Source: Selaginella moellendorffii (Eukaryota > Plantae > Lycopodiophyta). Taken from it: DNA of 64,000 nucleotides. A model generated the notes under the pieces. That model was not told the origin of the DNA and made no database searches. It saw nothing but the letters and a program-made list of their open reading frames with translations. The position numbers and the translations under genes were made by a program. The stretch spans positions 1,748,362 to 1,812,361 of the forward strand of contig NW_003314278.1 of assembly GCF_000143415.4 (NCBI RefSeq). Direction: 5' to 3'. The stretch's first letter is position 1, and each line of letters begins with the position of its first letter. Shown here one piece after another: positions 37,851 through 48,990 of the stretch.

Positions 37851-40429
37851 GGAAATAAAAATCAAGATACAAATAGAAAACAGCACATTCCTGTGTTAGA
37901 AAATTTTCGAAGCTAGTAGAAAAATTCGCTCACCTCAAGAGCAGCGAGCTCTCTCCGCTCGAAATACTCGTAGGAGCTCTCGCTGCGGGCAAAGGATTTG
38001 TGAGAGATCTAAACGATAGTGGAAATGCAAATAAAGGAGTTAGTGTAGCTGCCGCGACCGTAAGAGGAGCAAGAACGATATGCCCGCGAGCCCGTGCGCT
38101 GTCCGGCCACGACTCGATGCCTTGCAAGGTCGATATGGACGGCTTCTTTTTTTTATTGCGCAGGCAGTAGCGGCAGAAGGAGCAAAAGAAGAAGCGAGTA
38201 GCGAGAGCTCGGATGATAACGACGATGGCGCGACCGAGAGCCGATGAGGTTTCTCTCACAATTTTTTTTTCTTTCTTCGGCTTCTCCAAAGTGGGGAGAG
38301 CAAGTGTTTGGAGCTCAGGTAATCTTAGAAGTTTTCTATTTCTTCTTTTTTCTCTCCTTCTCGTGCTAACTTCGTGAGTCTATCAAATGGCTATCAGGCC
38401 TCCAGAACGTCGCTTACTAGCGAGGATGACGGTACATCTTTTCCAAGTGTAAGCTAGTCAGTCTCTCTATGTTCTTGCGTCCAGGGGAAGAGTTTCTGGA
38501 TGCTGCCGCTGTTTCTCCACGGAAAATCGAGCCCAGGTCTTCAAAAGTAAGCTTTTGTTTGGCGAGTTTCTCACTGACTCCTTGAACAGTGGCTTAGTCT
38601 TCGAATAAGCGCCCCCAGCGAGTAGCCTGCTCACTGCTTTGCGAAATCTTGTTCTCTCTTTGAAGCTGTGCTCTATTTCTTCCAGGGTGGCGGACTAGAT
38701 CCGGTTTATCGTTGTTATGGATAGACGTTACTCCTCAGGCTTCAGGTCTGATTCTACTTCTCGGTTAAAGAAAAACTATTGAGAGCAATTGGACCACCCA
38801 CATAGAGTGTTTCTCTCAATCAAGGTGAAAATCTTTTCCCCTTGATCCAGCCCGACGCGTTGCTTGCAGAAGTCGGGGCCTGAGGATTATATTTTCATCT
38901 TGGCACGGTGTTTACTGGATAGGAAGCTCCCTCCTTTTCTCTCTTCAATCTAAGACTGCATCGCGCTTCTTGCCAACTCTTTAACCGTGCCGAGGATCGC
39001 ACACTCGCTTGCAAGGTCTCCAAAACTGGTTTCAACACTTGCGAGTTTGCATGATCCAGAGTTAGCAAAGAGCTCGTGAACGGTGCCCGCCACCAAAGGA
39101 TACAGCTGCTCCAGAGGGAAATAGCCTTTGAGCTCTTGTCAATGACGAACAATGAGGTATTGCTGCAAATTTAAAAAGGGAAAAACGAAAGAACTGGCCA
39201 CAGAATTTTTCGCGTTCTTCCAGCTTGATCTTCGCATTGGAAGTTACGATCTAAGAGAAAATGTGGATATTGTCCAGCTCTATTACCATATGGAGCTGGT
39301 CTGAGATATGTTTAGGATGGCTTTTCCGTGTGGATATTCTGTGAACTTTCGCCAGGTTTTGGGCGTCTTTCATTCTTCTCTTAGGTTTTGAAGAGAAACC
39401 GCAAGGAGAAAAGTTTGTCAGGAAGAAAAGTATATATATATTGTGTGTGTGTGTGTGTATGTACGCAATTAAATAAACTTTTGACATAAAGCTTATACAT
39501 GGTCAGAAAGAAGAATTAAATTTGTTTTGGTAATAATTAGGATGGCAATTAATTTAGAAGCATATTTGAAGAGAAAGAATTTGGGAAATTTATTTATGTA
39601 AAGAATAAATTATTTTATCTATTTTCATAGTTAAGCTTCTTTATTTAAGAGAGCTAGTTTTTCTAGATTCTTTATGTATTACAAGAACGAGAATAATGGT
39701 TTTTTTTGCTTGCCAATTAGGCAAATTAGGAGTTTAAGAATATTCTTTGAATATTCTCTTCCTATCTAGATTAAATCTTATAACAGATTGTTTTGTAATG
39801 TAGTCAAATTCCAATAATCAAATGTGAATTTCTAATAGCAAGCTCAACAAACCATCTCGCAATAAGTATTTTATAAATTGTGAATGTTTTTTCCCTTTTA
39901 GTTTTTCCACTTTATTCAGGTGATTGTACTCTTTGGAAGAAGATTAATGGATGAGAACCACTACTACCAGTAATAACAACAAAATGTGAGGAAGAAAGGG
40001 CAAAGAGTAGTACGTCTTGAATGGTTTTATGCTTCTCATCCTACCATACCTAATTAGAGTCTATGTCCATTAGAACTTGGGCATGCAATGCAATATTTGC
40101 CATCAGAAAAGGTCTGGGACATTCAGACAGGTATGCACCTAATGCTTCCCTTGTTGTGAAGTTCTTGAGGGTGGTTTGGGTGGTTGACGAGAGTATGCCC
40201 TTCTGACACTCTAATGCTGGGCAACATTATGTCATGTCTACCTGGATGCATATCATGATGTTTAAAAAAGGATATCATAGTTAACTACTTTAGGGAGCAA
40301 TTGAAAGAAGGTTAAAGTATTTACAATTGTCTGTGTGCATGTTGTGCATACTTGATAGAAGTAATCAAGTTGTGTTTCACACTTGAACGTAAAAAGGTTT
40401 CAGCATATAAGTTGCCCAATTTGAAACTT

Positions 40430-40990
40430 ACTTGTGGCCTGATGTGGTTGCACCGCGAACATTTATTATAGCTTCAAGGCTCACAATGCATAGGTTCCAA
40501 ACTCTGCAAATTCTATGGCTTGCCCTCATGCCTCTGGGATTGTTTCATTGCTGAAAGCATATCATCTCAAGTGGAGTCTTGCCGCTATCAATCTACCTTG
40601 GTTACAACTGGTAAGAATGACTTGCACTCTTGGATCTAATAGTTTAGAATTCTAGAGCCTTTGTTGGTGGTGGGCTTAATAAGAACAACTGATTATGGAG
40701 ATGGACATGTTAGTCCCAATGCTGCAGCTCATCCAGACATGTCAAACTATATTGGACTTTTGTGTGGGCTATGGCCAGAAAGTTGCACCCAAAGAATTGT
40801 ATTGTTCAACCAAGCCATCTCAATTGGTCTTGTTAATTTCACTGGATTAATGATGAATGTTGGGCACAGTAAGTTGTGTACTGTGAATGTTGAAGCGCCA
40901 CATAGAATCAACGTGGCGGTCAAGCCGAGAGAATTGAGGTTTGACTTGGTCAAGTAAAGACCTATCTGAAACGGGTCACTGACTTGGAAG
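40430..40990 (+). pseudogene. Subtilase pseudogene, 3' part (catalytic Ser region and Fn3-like domain)
   Basis: PDVVAP, SMACPHASGIV.LLKA, YGDGHVSPNAAAHP, TVNVEAP..INVAVKPRELRF; nucleotide similarity to 21620-22250. Confidence 0.82.
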
Positions 40991-41071
40991 GACACCTATT
41001 GCAATCTTGTTTTCAAATAAGTAACGCTCTTGCACCAACAGAGAAAGATAGTCATCTTTTTCTCACGAGGG

Positions 41072-42700
41072 TCAATATGTTCCTTTCTCTTGTGATCTTC
41101 CTTTCAACTTCTCCATTCTGTGCTTGATAGCGGCGCTCTCCTCCCGCTCACCGGCCTCAACCAGGATGTTTGCGAGCATCACATACGTCGACCAATTCCG
41201 AGGCTCCAGCGCAAATGCCCGCTCTGCAACTCGCCTCGCGCGCCTAACGTCCTTGTGAGTGGAGCACGCTGCTAGCAGCGCGATCCACAGCACTGCCACT
41301 CTCACCGGCAACTCCTCCACAAACTTCTCCACGTCGTCAAGCTTCCCGCACCGTCCCAGAGCGTCCACAACGCAGCCGTAGTGCTCCGGACGGGGAAGAA
41401 TCTCGTAGTGCACCGCAAGATCATTGGGAAGCTCTCGAGCAGTCCTCCGTGACTGCACGAAGACAAGACGCTCACAAAAGCGATGCTGTCTGGAGCGACG
41501 CCTTCCAGCTGCATTATCGCGAAGAGTGACAGGGTCATCTCCAGATCCCCGGCTTGGGCGTGAGCCGAGACGATGTACGTCCAGGAAATCACGTTCTTGC
41601 TCGCCATCTTTTCGAAGATTTCCCGAACGCTCTCTACTCTCCCAAGCTTGGAGTACATGGTCATGAGCGAGTGGCACAGGGCTTCGTTGGAAGCAAACTC
41701 GCTCGCTTCAATCAGTCTGTAAGTGGCGATTCCTTGGGCAAGATCTTTCTCGCCAGAGCAAGCAAGAACGACGCAGAGGAGAGTTACGTGGTCCGGCTCT
41801 ACGTCAATCCTTTTGAAGAGCTCCATCGCCTCGTGTAAGTGGCCCCCTTGGACGTAAACCGTGAGCATGCAGTTCCAGGAGTTGCGATTCTTGTGTTGGA
41901 TCGTGTCAAACACTGCTCTTGATTCTTCCAGAGCCCCGCCTTTTCCATACATGAGCATTTGCTACGACTGTGTTACTCTCGAATCCCCTCGAGACGACGA
42001 TCCTGTGAACTTTTCTGCCTTGCTCCAGCGATGCCATGCTCGAGCAAGCGTCGAGAGCGCTCACGCAAGCAACCGCATCGGGTTCGAGGCCTCCATGAGC
42101 GAGCAACCTCTCGAAAATCTCCATCGCTTCTCTGCCATGGCCATGGGCATAGCTCGATATCAGCGTCGTCCAGGTGACGAGGTTCTTTTGCGGCATTCTC
42201 TCGAAGACTAGCCTGGAATCTCTCAAGCTCCCACACTTCTCATACATTGTGATCACCTCTGTGCCAACTATAACGTTTGATTCCAGGCCCAGAGCTGTGA
42301 TCCTTGCGTGGAACTTTCTAGCTTGCGGGAGAAGCCTTCGAACCGTGAAGGAAGCAAGAACAGTGACGCAAGTCACCGGCGATGGCTTCACACCATCGAG
42401 CTCCATTCGTCTAAACAGCAACAACGCCTCGGCAAAATGCCCATTCTATGGAAACGCTGCGATCATGATATTCCACGAGAAAAGATCTCTGTTCCAGATG
42501 CCAGCAAACACCTTATATGCTAGACCAAGCTCGCCAAGCTTCCGATATGCCTGTAGTATCATGTCTCCCACGAACTGGTCTTCCGCGCAGCCGGGATGCC
42601 TCGCGGAAACAAAGCCGTGCACGCGACGAACTTGTGCTAGATTATTCTCTTGTACGCACCACTTGAGAAGGGACACAAAGCCTCTCGACACTGCCGTGTT
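41072..42700 (-). pseudogene. Frameshifted PLS-class PPR (E/E+) gene
   Basis: PPR fragments in four overlapping frames (42446, 41906, 41302, 41072 ORFs); end PEHYGCVVDALGRCG..TYVMLANI. Confidence 0.8.
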
Positions 42701-42887
42701 AATGCTGATCTCCCCTGCTTGCTCGATCACGGCACCACGGCTCGCGGGAGATCTCCATACTTTCCCTTCCACCCATCCACATCGGTCTCCAAGAACTTGG
42801 CATTGTCACCAATCACCGATGCCGCTGCCGTGTGGAGCCACTCGCGGAGCACTCGAATTCGCCGCAAGCTCATCTAGCAGGATCGAT

Positions 42888-43964
42888 CTATCCCATGACC
42901 ACGGAGCCAGCTCTAAACCAAGAACTTCCCAGGAACAATCCGTGGCAAACGAGATCCTCCCCAATCACGCAAGAGAGATCACCAGCGCCCAGGACGAAGA
43001 TCTCATCCCGGAGCCCAAATGCCCGCTGTGAGTGGACATTGAAAGCCGGAGACGAGGAAGACGAAGATGGCTTGCGCTGGATGCTCCCGGCAAGAACCCA
43101 TTCCCCATCCACGAACTTGTAGAGGCAATCCGAGGCTGTCAAGCTGTAAATCCCGCTGGAAGTAGCGACGAGTTCTCCATGATCCATGGCGCTCATCCCA
43201 GAAGAATCGCGGTGCCAGGAATCGCTACCAGGATCATAGACCAGCACCTCGCAACGCGTGGAAGAGAACACCCGGACGTAAAGCTTACCCTGGAACACCA
43301 CCTCGCAGTCAACCCGGTCGAGGTGGTTGTACGGCATGGTTGACCGCTGCGTCCACGTGTCGGTCGCAACGTCATAGGACTCGGTCGCGGGGACAAAGTC
43401 ACCGTCGTGGTCGCAGCCCCCCGCGACGTAGACCGTACCATTCACTGTCGCCATGGCGAACTGCGACCGCGCGACAGTTGGCGGCGATCCCGCCCGCCAC
43501 TTGTTCTTGGTGGAATCGAAGATCCGGGTGTGGTTCTCCACGCTCGATCGGCGAGAGCTCGTCCTGGATTCCAGCGCGACGAGGAGAGCGCCCACCGCCG
43601 CGGTCTTGAATGTGGCGAATCCTCCTCCGCCCACATCGCCGATTTCTAGCCCCGTGGGCAGTGGAGGATCTGGAAGAGGCGCTTTGAGCAACAAGGATTT
43701 GGAGGCGAGATTGTAAATGCAGTAGGAGTTGTGGCCATTTTCCATGAGGATCACGACGAGCCAGGCATCGGCGATGCCAGATTTCCTTCTTACCGCGAAG
43801 AAATCCTCACTCTCGAGCGTCTTCCTCCAAGTTCTTGACACCGATCGCATGCTGCGGTGGTAGATCCTGGGGACCTTGGCGAGGCAGTGGCGCGCGACAT
43901 CGTTTGGAAGCCCCGAAATGAGAGATCTCTTGAGTTCTAAGCCTAGGTACCTCTTGTTTCCCAT
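42888..43964 (-). CDS. F-box/kelch-repeat protein
   Basis: LISGLPNDVARHCLAKVPR (F-box); kelch ARSQFAMATVNGTVYVAGG..ESYDVATDTW. Confidence 0.9.
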   Translation of the reverse strand: MGNKRYLGLELKRSLISGLPNDVARHCLAKVPRIYHRSMRSVSRTWRKTLESEDFFAVRRKSGIADAWLVVILMENGHNSYCIYNLASKSLLLKAPLPDPPLPTGLEIGDVGGGGFATFKTAAVGALLVALESRTSSRRSSVENHTRIFDSTKNKWRAGSPPTVARSQFAMATVNGTVYVAGGCDHDGDFVPATESYDVATDTWTQRSTMPYNHLDRVDCEVVFQGKLYVRVFSSTRCEVLVYDPGSDSWHRDSSGMSAMDHGELVATSSGIYSLTASDCLYKFVDGEWVLAGSIQRKPSSSSSSPAFNVHSQRAFGLRDEIFVLGAGDLSCVIGEDLVCHGLFLGSSWFRAGSVVMG

Positions 43965-44148
43965 TGATCTTCCAAGGAATCATGGGCGATCGCTTAAGAA
44001 CACCGTGAAGAACTTTCGGTGGGAAATACCAATTAAACATGGGACACGTTGCTGGAGATATTTTATCCCTCGTTTCAAAACTGGACACGTATGGTCTCTT
44101 TTCGCGGATTTTCAGCATTGTGACACGTGTATTAGGGCTGTTTTAGGT

Positions 44149-44805
44149 ATGGTTGCTTTATCCTTTCTTCCCTCTGGCGCCACTATCCTCCCTCCATCGC
44201 CACTCCCGCGCAGGAATTTCCTCGCCCTAGGGTGCCCGCTGCTGGTAGCGATCGGCAGCGCTGGCAATGCCGCCCAAGCGGTGATCAAATCCAAGGCCGC
44301 GGCCCAGGAAGAGAAGCTGCTGGAATCAAACCAGCGGATCCAGCAGATGAATGGCGTGCCTCCGGATTTCCCGAGCTTCGTCCGTCAGGGATTCAAGGTC
44401 AAGGTTGTGGCGAGCCCCAAGTATGTGACCACGAGTACCGGATTGATCTACCTCGATCTGGAGCAGGGGAGCGGCGATTGCCCCAGCGATGGCCAGCAAG
44501 TGATCTTCAACTACATTGGCTACAACGAGGCCGGGAGGAGGATCGACAGTAGCTACCAGAAGGGGCAGCCATCCAAGACGCGATTGGGCGATGGTGGATT
44601 GGTTCCTGGGTTTGAGGAAGGGATCAAGAGCATGAGGCCTGGCGGGAAGCGAAGAATTGTCGTCCCTCCCGAGCTGGGTCCTCCAGTCGGCCCCTCGACG
44701 TTCTTTAGCTCCAAGCAGTTCGAGATCTTCGACGTGGAGCTCGTCCAGGTGAAGGATTGCGTGAGAAAGACAGTGGGATTCTTCTCGGCTCTTAGCTGTG
44801 ACTGA
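44149..44805 (+). CDS. FKBP20-2: Thylakoid-lumen FKBP-type PPIase, intronless
   Basis: Twin-Arg transit PRRNFL..AQA; GQQVIFNYIGYNEAGRRIDS, PPELGPPVGPSTFFSSKQFEIFDVEL, C-terminal Cys pair. Confidence 0.9.
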   Translation: MVALSFLPSGATILPPSPLPRRNFLALGCPLLVAIGSAGNAAQAVIKSKAAAQEEKLLESNQRIQQMNGVPPDFPSFVRQGFKVKVVASPKYVTTSTGLIYLDLEQGSGDCPSDGQQVIFNYIGYNEAGRRIDSSYQKGQPSKTRLGDGGLVPGFEEGIKSMRPGGKRRIVVPPELGPPVGPSTFFSSKQFEIFDVELVQVKDCVRKTVGFFSALSCD

Positions 44806-44848
44806 AAACAAACGAATTTTTTGTTCATGGATCGATCTCACTCGTCTC

Positions 44849-46450
44849 ATGTGTGATGTTCCTGGCCTCGTGAGGCTACTGAAATCTTGCTGCGGTGATT
44901 TCGCCAGGGCGCGCGAGCTCCATTTGCGTGTCTTGGGCGATGAGCGCTTGCGATCCAACGTAAGAATCAGGAATGTTTTAATCGATGTGTATGGGAAATG
45001 CGGGAGAATCGACGAGGCTAGAGAGGTTTTCGATGGATTGGAAGAACGAGATGTTTGCTCGTGGAACTCGATTGTCACAGCATATGCCACAAATGGGCAT
45101 CTTGACATGGCAAGAGATTTCTTTGAGAGAACACCAGGCCGAGACGTGGTATCTTGGAATGGTATCACAAAAGCGTGCAGCCACCATGGCCTGGTCGATC
45201 AAGCGCGAATTTGGTACGACAGGACACCCTGGCAAAATGTGGTGTCGTGGACAGCCATGCTGGCAGCATATACCGCGTCAGGGCATCTGGACGAGGCAAG
45301 AAGTATATTTGACAACATGCGTCAGCACGACCTGGTGTCGTGGACTGCCATGCTGGCAGCCTACGCTGGCAATGGTCGCGTTCGTGATGCGTGGAACTTT
45401 TTTATCAGGATGCCTGAAAGAAATCTGGTCGCGTGGAACGCTATTGTGCAAACATTTGCCCAAAATGGGCATTTTTCTAAGGCGGTGGAGACGTGGGAGT
45501 CCATGCCTGACTTGAGCGCTCTTTCATGGACAATTATGATATCCGCGTATGGGAATCAAGGCTTGGTGGACTTAGCTAAGCGTGTTTTTGACAAAATGCC
45601 GTGCAAGGACATTGTGGCCTTGACGTCCGTAATCACGGTTTACGCCCAGAACTGGGATCTGGAGCACACGGAATATGTTTTTGCAAAGATGCCCTGTTGG
45701 GATTCAGTTGCGTGGACGGCCATGATTCAGGCATACTCTCAGAATGGAAAGCCTGAGATGGCAAAGGCTACGTTTGACACTATGCCCAAACGAACTGCTT
45801 TTTCATGGAATTGCCTCATTTCTGCGAGTGCCATGTACGGGCATTTGCGTCATGCTTGTGTAACTTTTGATAAAATGCCTGTTCACGACAAAGTTTCATG
45901 GACGACTATGGTTTCTGGATTTACGCAAAATGGCCAGCTTGAGGAGGCTCTGGAGGGTTTTAATCGAATGCCCAAGCGGGATCTATACACTTGGAATTCG
46001 ATCATCCAGGCACTCGCCCAGAATGGCGACTTGAAAACCACACTGGAGCTCGTTGGGTCAATGCTCCTTGAAGGAGTGAAGCCGAGCTACATCACCTACG
46101 TGAGCGTGCTCACGGCTTGCAATCACGAAGGCGTGGTTAACTCGGCAAGGGAGCACTTTGGAATCATGCTTGAAGCTCATGGCATTTTGCCGGTGATCAA
46201 GCACTTCCACTGTTTGATAGATGTGCTGGGACGAGCAAGACGGCTACAACAAGCCGAGGAGCTGCTCTACAGCATGCCCTTTGCAGCCGATGAGGTTGCC
46301 TGGACTACTTTGCTGGGGGCTTGTGCCGTCCATGGTGAAATTGAGCAAGGGGAACGAGCAGCGAGGAATGCTCTTAGGCTAAATCCTTGCAGCGATGTTG
46401 CCTTCACGTTGCTATCGAATGTGCATGTCATTGCACACAGCCTGGTATAG
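44849..46450 (+). CDS. PLS-class PPR protein with E domain, no DYW
   Basis: 31-aa repeats; KHFHCLIDVLGRARRLQQAEELLYSMPFAADEVAWTTLLGAC. Confidence 0.9.
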   Translation: MCDVPGLVRLLKSCCGDFARARELHLRVLGDERLRSNVRIRNVLIDVYGKCGRIDEAREVFDGLEERDVCSWNSIVTAYATNGHLDMARDFFERTPGRDVVSWNGITKACSHHGLVDQARIWYDRTPWQNVVSWTAMLAAYTASGHLDEARSIFDNMRQHDLVSWTAMLAAYAGNGRVRDAWNFFIRMPERNLVAWNAIVQTFAQNGHFSKAVETWESMPDLSALSWTIMISAYGNQGLVDLAKRVFDKMPCKDIVALTSVITVYAQNWDLEHTEYVFAKMPCWDSVAWTAMIQAYSQNGKPEMAKATFDTMPKRTAFSWNCLISASAMYGHLRHACVTFDKMPVHDKVSWTTMVSGFTQNGQLEEALEGFNRMPKRDLYTWNSIIQALAQNGDLKTTLELVGSMLLEGVKPSYITYVSVLTACNHEGVVNSAREHFGIMLEAHGILPVIKHFHCLIDVLGRARRLQQAEELLYSMPFAADEVAWTTLLGACAVHGEIEQGERAARNALRLNPCSDVAFTLLSNVHVIAHSLV

Positions 46451-48570
46451 TTCTACATTTTACAGAGGATACCATCTATCGCACGCGTGCCAGGCCGAGA
46501 GGCTGTGGAACGAACTTCTTCTGCTCACGATCAAAGAAGGCAGGAAATTCATGGTTGGAAAGCTTGCATTCTAACTAAGCATATCCTGAGTTTAACCTGT
46601 GGATTTGCTGAACGAGACAAGATATACATCATAACTAAGCAAAGGTTCTCATCTTTCATTTGCTCAAAGTAGAACCCCAAAAATTAGAAGCTATCTCTAT
46701 GCAAATTGAGAAAACATCCGTGGGTGGTAAAAATGCCATAGTAGAAAAAGAAGGTGAGTGCAAAACTAGCTAGGGCCCTGAAAATAAAGGAAGCAAGGCA
46801 AGGACAAATGAGAAGCTGCTGTGATCAAAGGTTTGGCTGCGAGAAGATGTCTTGCCAGAACTGTCCTCCGAGTTTTCTTTAGAATACATCATGTCTGACA
46901 AAACTGTTTTCATTGTTGTTTTCATTTACACTGATTCAGAGTGTTTGCAGATCAAATTGTTATAGAAGATACACATAATATTGAGTGAATGGCTTGCTAT
47001 GCTCTTATCGTCCGTGCAAGCACATCATGAATCACTCAATACTGATATTATTATCCCCATCATCCAACCACAAGCAAACTAGTCGGCTTCAAAACAGCTC
47101 TAAATATCTAAAGCTCAGTTTCAGCTGTAAAAATCTTCGCATGAGAATGGAAGCTCTTGTAGCTCACAATTATTCTAGTCATCTCAAGCCTTAAAATGTT
47201 GTGGCCACTCTCAGCAGTAGAGCCAGCATCCGTTCTCTAACAAAGACGATCATGGTCAAGATAGGAAGAATGATCAACCATCGATATCGGTTGATCACAA
47301 GGAGAAATAAGACAAGAAAGAAAAGTTCCAGATGTTGGTTATAATGGATATTAGACAGCCTGCTTCAAGTAAAGCAATGAAAACATGAGATCGTAGTTGT
47401 CATAGCTAGTGGCCACCTTCATGATGAGGCGTTTTGGCTTAGATCTCGTAAAAAGAACTATCTCGGCACTCCAGAACTCTCCCCGGTGTGCCTTCTCATT
47501 GTCGCAAGAATTCTTTTGCCAAGGCCTCTGGCGGGATAGCCTGAAGTGTCCCAAGCCTCACACGCTCACATTCTCCGGATCAAATTTCTGCTATGATTGA
47601 GTCCCTTTGAACGACTTACATTTCGTCCAATCTTGAGACTTAAGTATGACAGCTAATGGATGCCAGGAAACTCGTCAGCACCAAGAGTGTCCTCTTTCTT
47701 GAGCTGAGCACAATTACCAAATACTTTGCGAAATTCTGCCCATAGCTATAGGTTGTGATCCCAACACACAAATGTGGAGTGCAGGATGACAAATGTCATC
47801 ATCTTTCATAGCTCTCCTTTAAAACTCATGGCGCGAGAGAACTCCAAGATTGATCCCGAGCTGCCGCCAACTACTCAGAATTCTTTGCTGCTATGTGGAA
47901 TCCATATTGTGCTGGTTTAAAACCACACCACCTTTGCTAGACAATCGTCTTGTGTTGCCCAGCCAAGAAGTAGTGGCTAATTCCATTTGCTAAATGTCAA
48001 TTTGGCGCTAAAAGATTGCAATGATCTTACTAATGCAGGTTCCCAATGAGGAAGTCTAGATGATCACTGTTGTGATTTTGGGTTTAATTTGCAGAAACCA
48101 ATTACTTAGATTTAGCAAATTATGATTTCTGTTAGAAAAAACAGATTTACAACACAACTTGGATTAAAAGAGACGAGTTACCACCCGAATATAATAATAG
48201 CCTTCTCAAGGTAACCGTGTTTGCTTCTATCAGGGACGACATTTAAACTTCCAATGAAACATTGTGTATGCTGAATCCAGCTTTCATTGATCACGATGGA
48301 AGAGGCCAAGACTGTTTTCTCGGCCATGGCGCAACGCTGGGAGCCATAATCGCGGTGCCACACTGGACAAGTTCCGCACATGGATAAAATCACATTCATC
48401 ACTACTCTGGAGGCGAGTTAGACAGGCTGATACAAAGATTGGGATCTGCAACACGAATAGTGAGTTTACTTTGAACACAATGAATATGTGTAGTTTATTG
48501 TAGAGTGTTTTGTCTTTTCTTCCGTAGAATCTGAGCTGTGCAGCTTGTTAAAGAGAGTCTTGAATATAAT

Positions 48571-48990
48571 TTAACATGGTATCAAGAGGCATATGTGTCC
48601 CTTCTTGTCTTTTTATTTATTCGAGATGTTTTTGATGAATTATAGTGTTCTCATATCCTTCTAGATATGGATTACTTATAATTGGAATTGTCATGTTTGG
48701 TTTCAAACCTTTCAAATATCGCAAGGAAGGAAGTCGCAAATATCTTCTTCCATTCTTACCGCATTCTTGTATCCGTGCTCCTTGTTGGATTTGTCAAGCT
48801 TTTCGAATTAGAATTGTCAAGCTTTGTTGAGCTCTTTCACTTGGAACTGTCTAGCTTTGTCGAATTACTTTTTGAGCTTTTCGAATTGGAATTGTCAAAC
48901 TTTGACAGAATTATTTTCGAGCATTATCGGATAATTTTATTGAGCTTTTCAAATTGGAATTGTTGAGCTTCGTCTGACTAGATGTCAAAC
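48571..48990 (+). mobile_element. Possible LTR end with tRNA-Met primer-binding site, followed by degenerate short tandem repeats
   Basis: ..taaca|tggtatcaagag resembles CA|TGGTATCAGAG; repeated gaatt(g/a)gaattgtc/gagctttt units at 48800-48970; AT-rich flank. Confidence 0.35.

Noticed and set aside
38300-39200. Exon-like fragments with splice signals on +
   Set aside because: No family recognisable and frames are interrupted, so no call can be supported
43876-44148. N-terminal extension of the FKBP ORF overlapping the F-box gene
   Set aside because: Starts at a non-ATG codon; the ATG at 44149 gives a normal transit peptide
46500-48500. Short ORFs and a small palindrome (~47271)
   Set aside because: No recognisable protein motifs; probably decayed sequence
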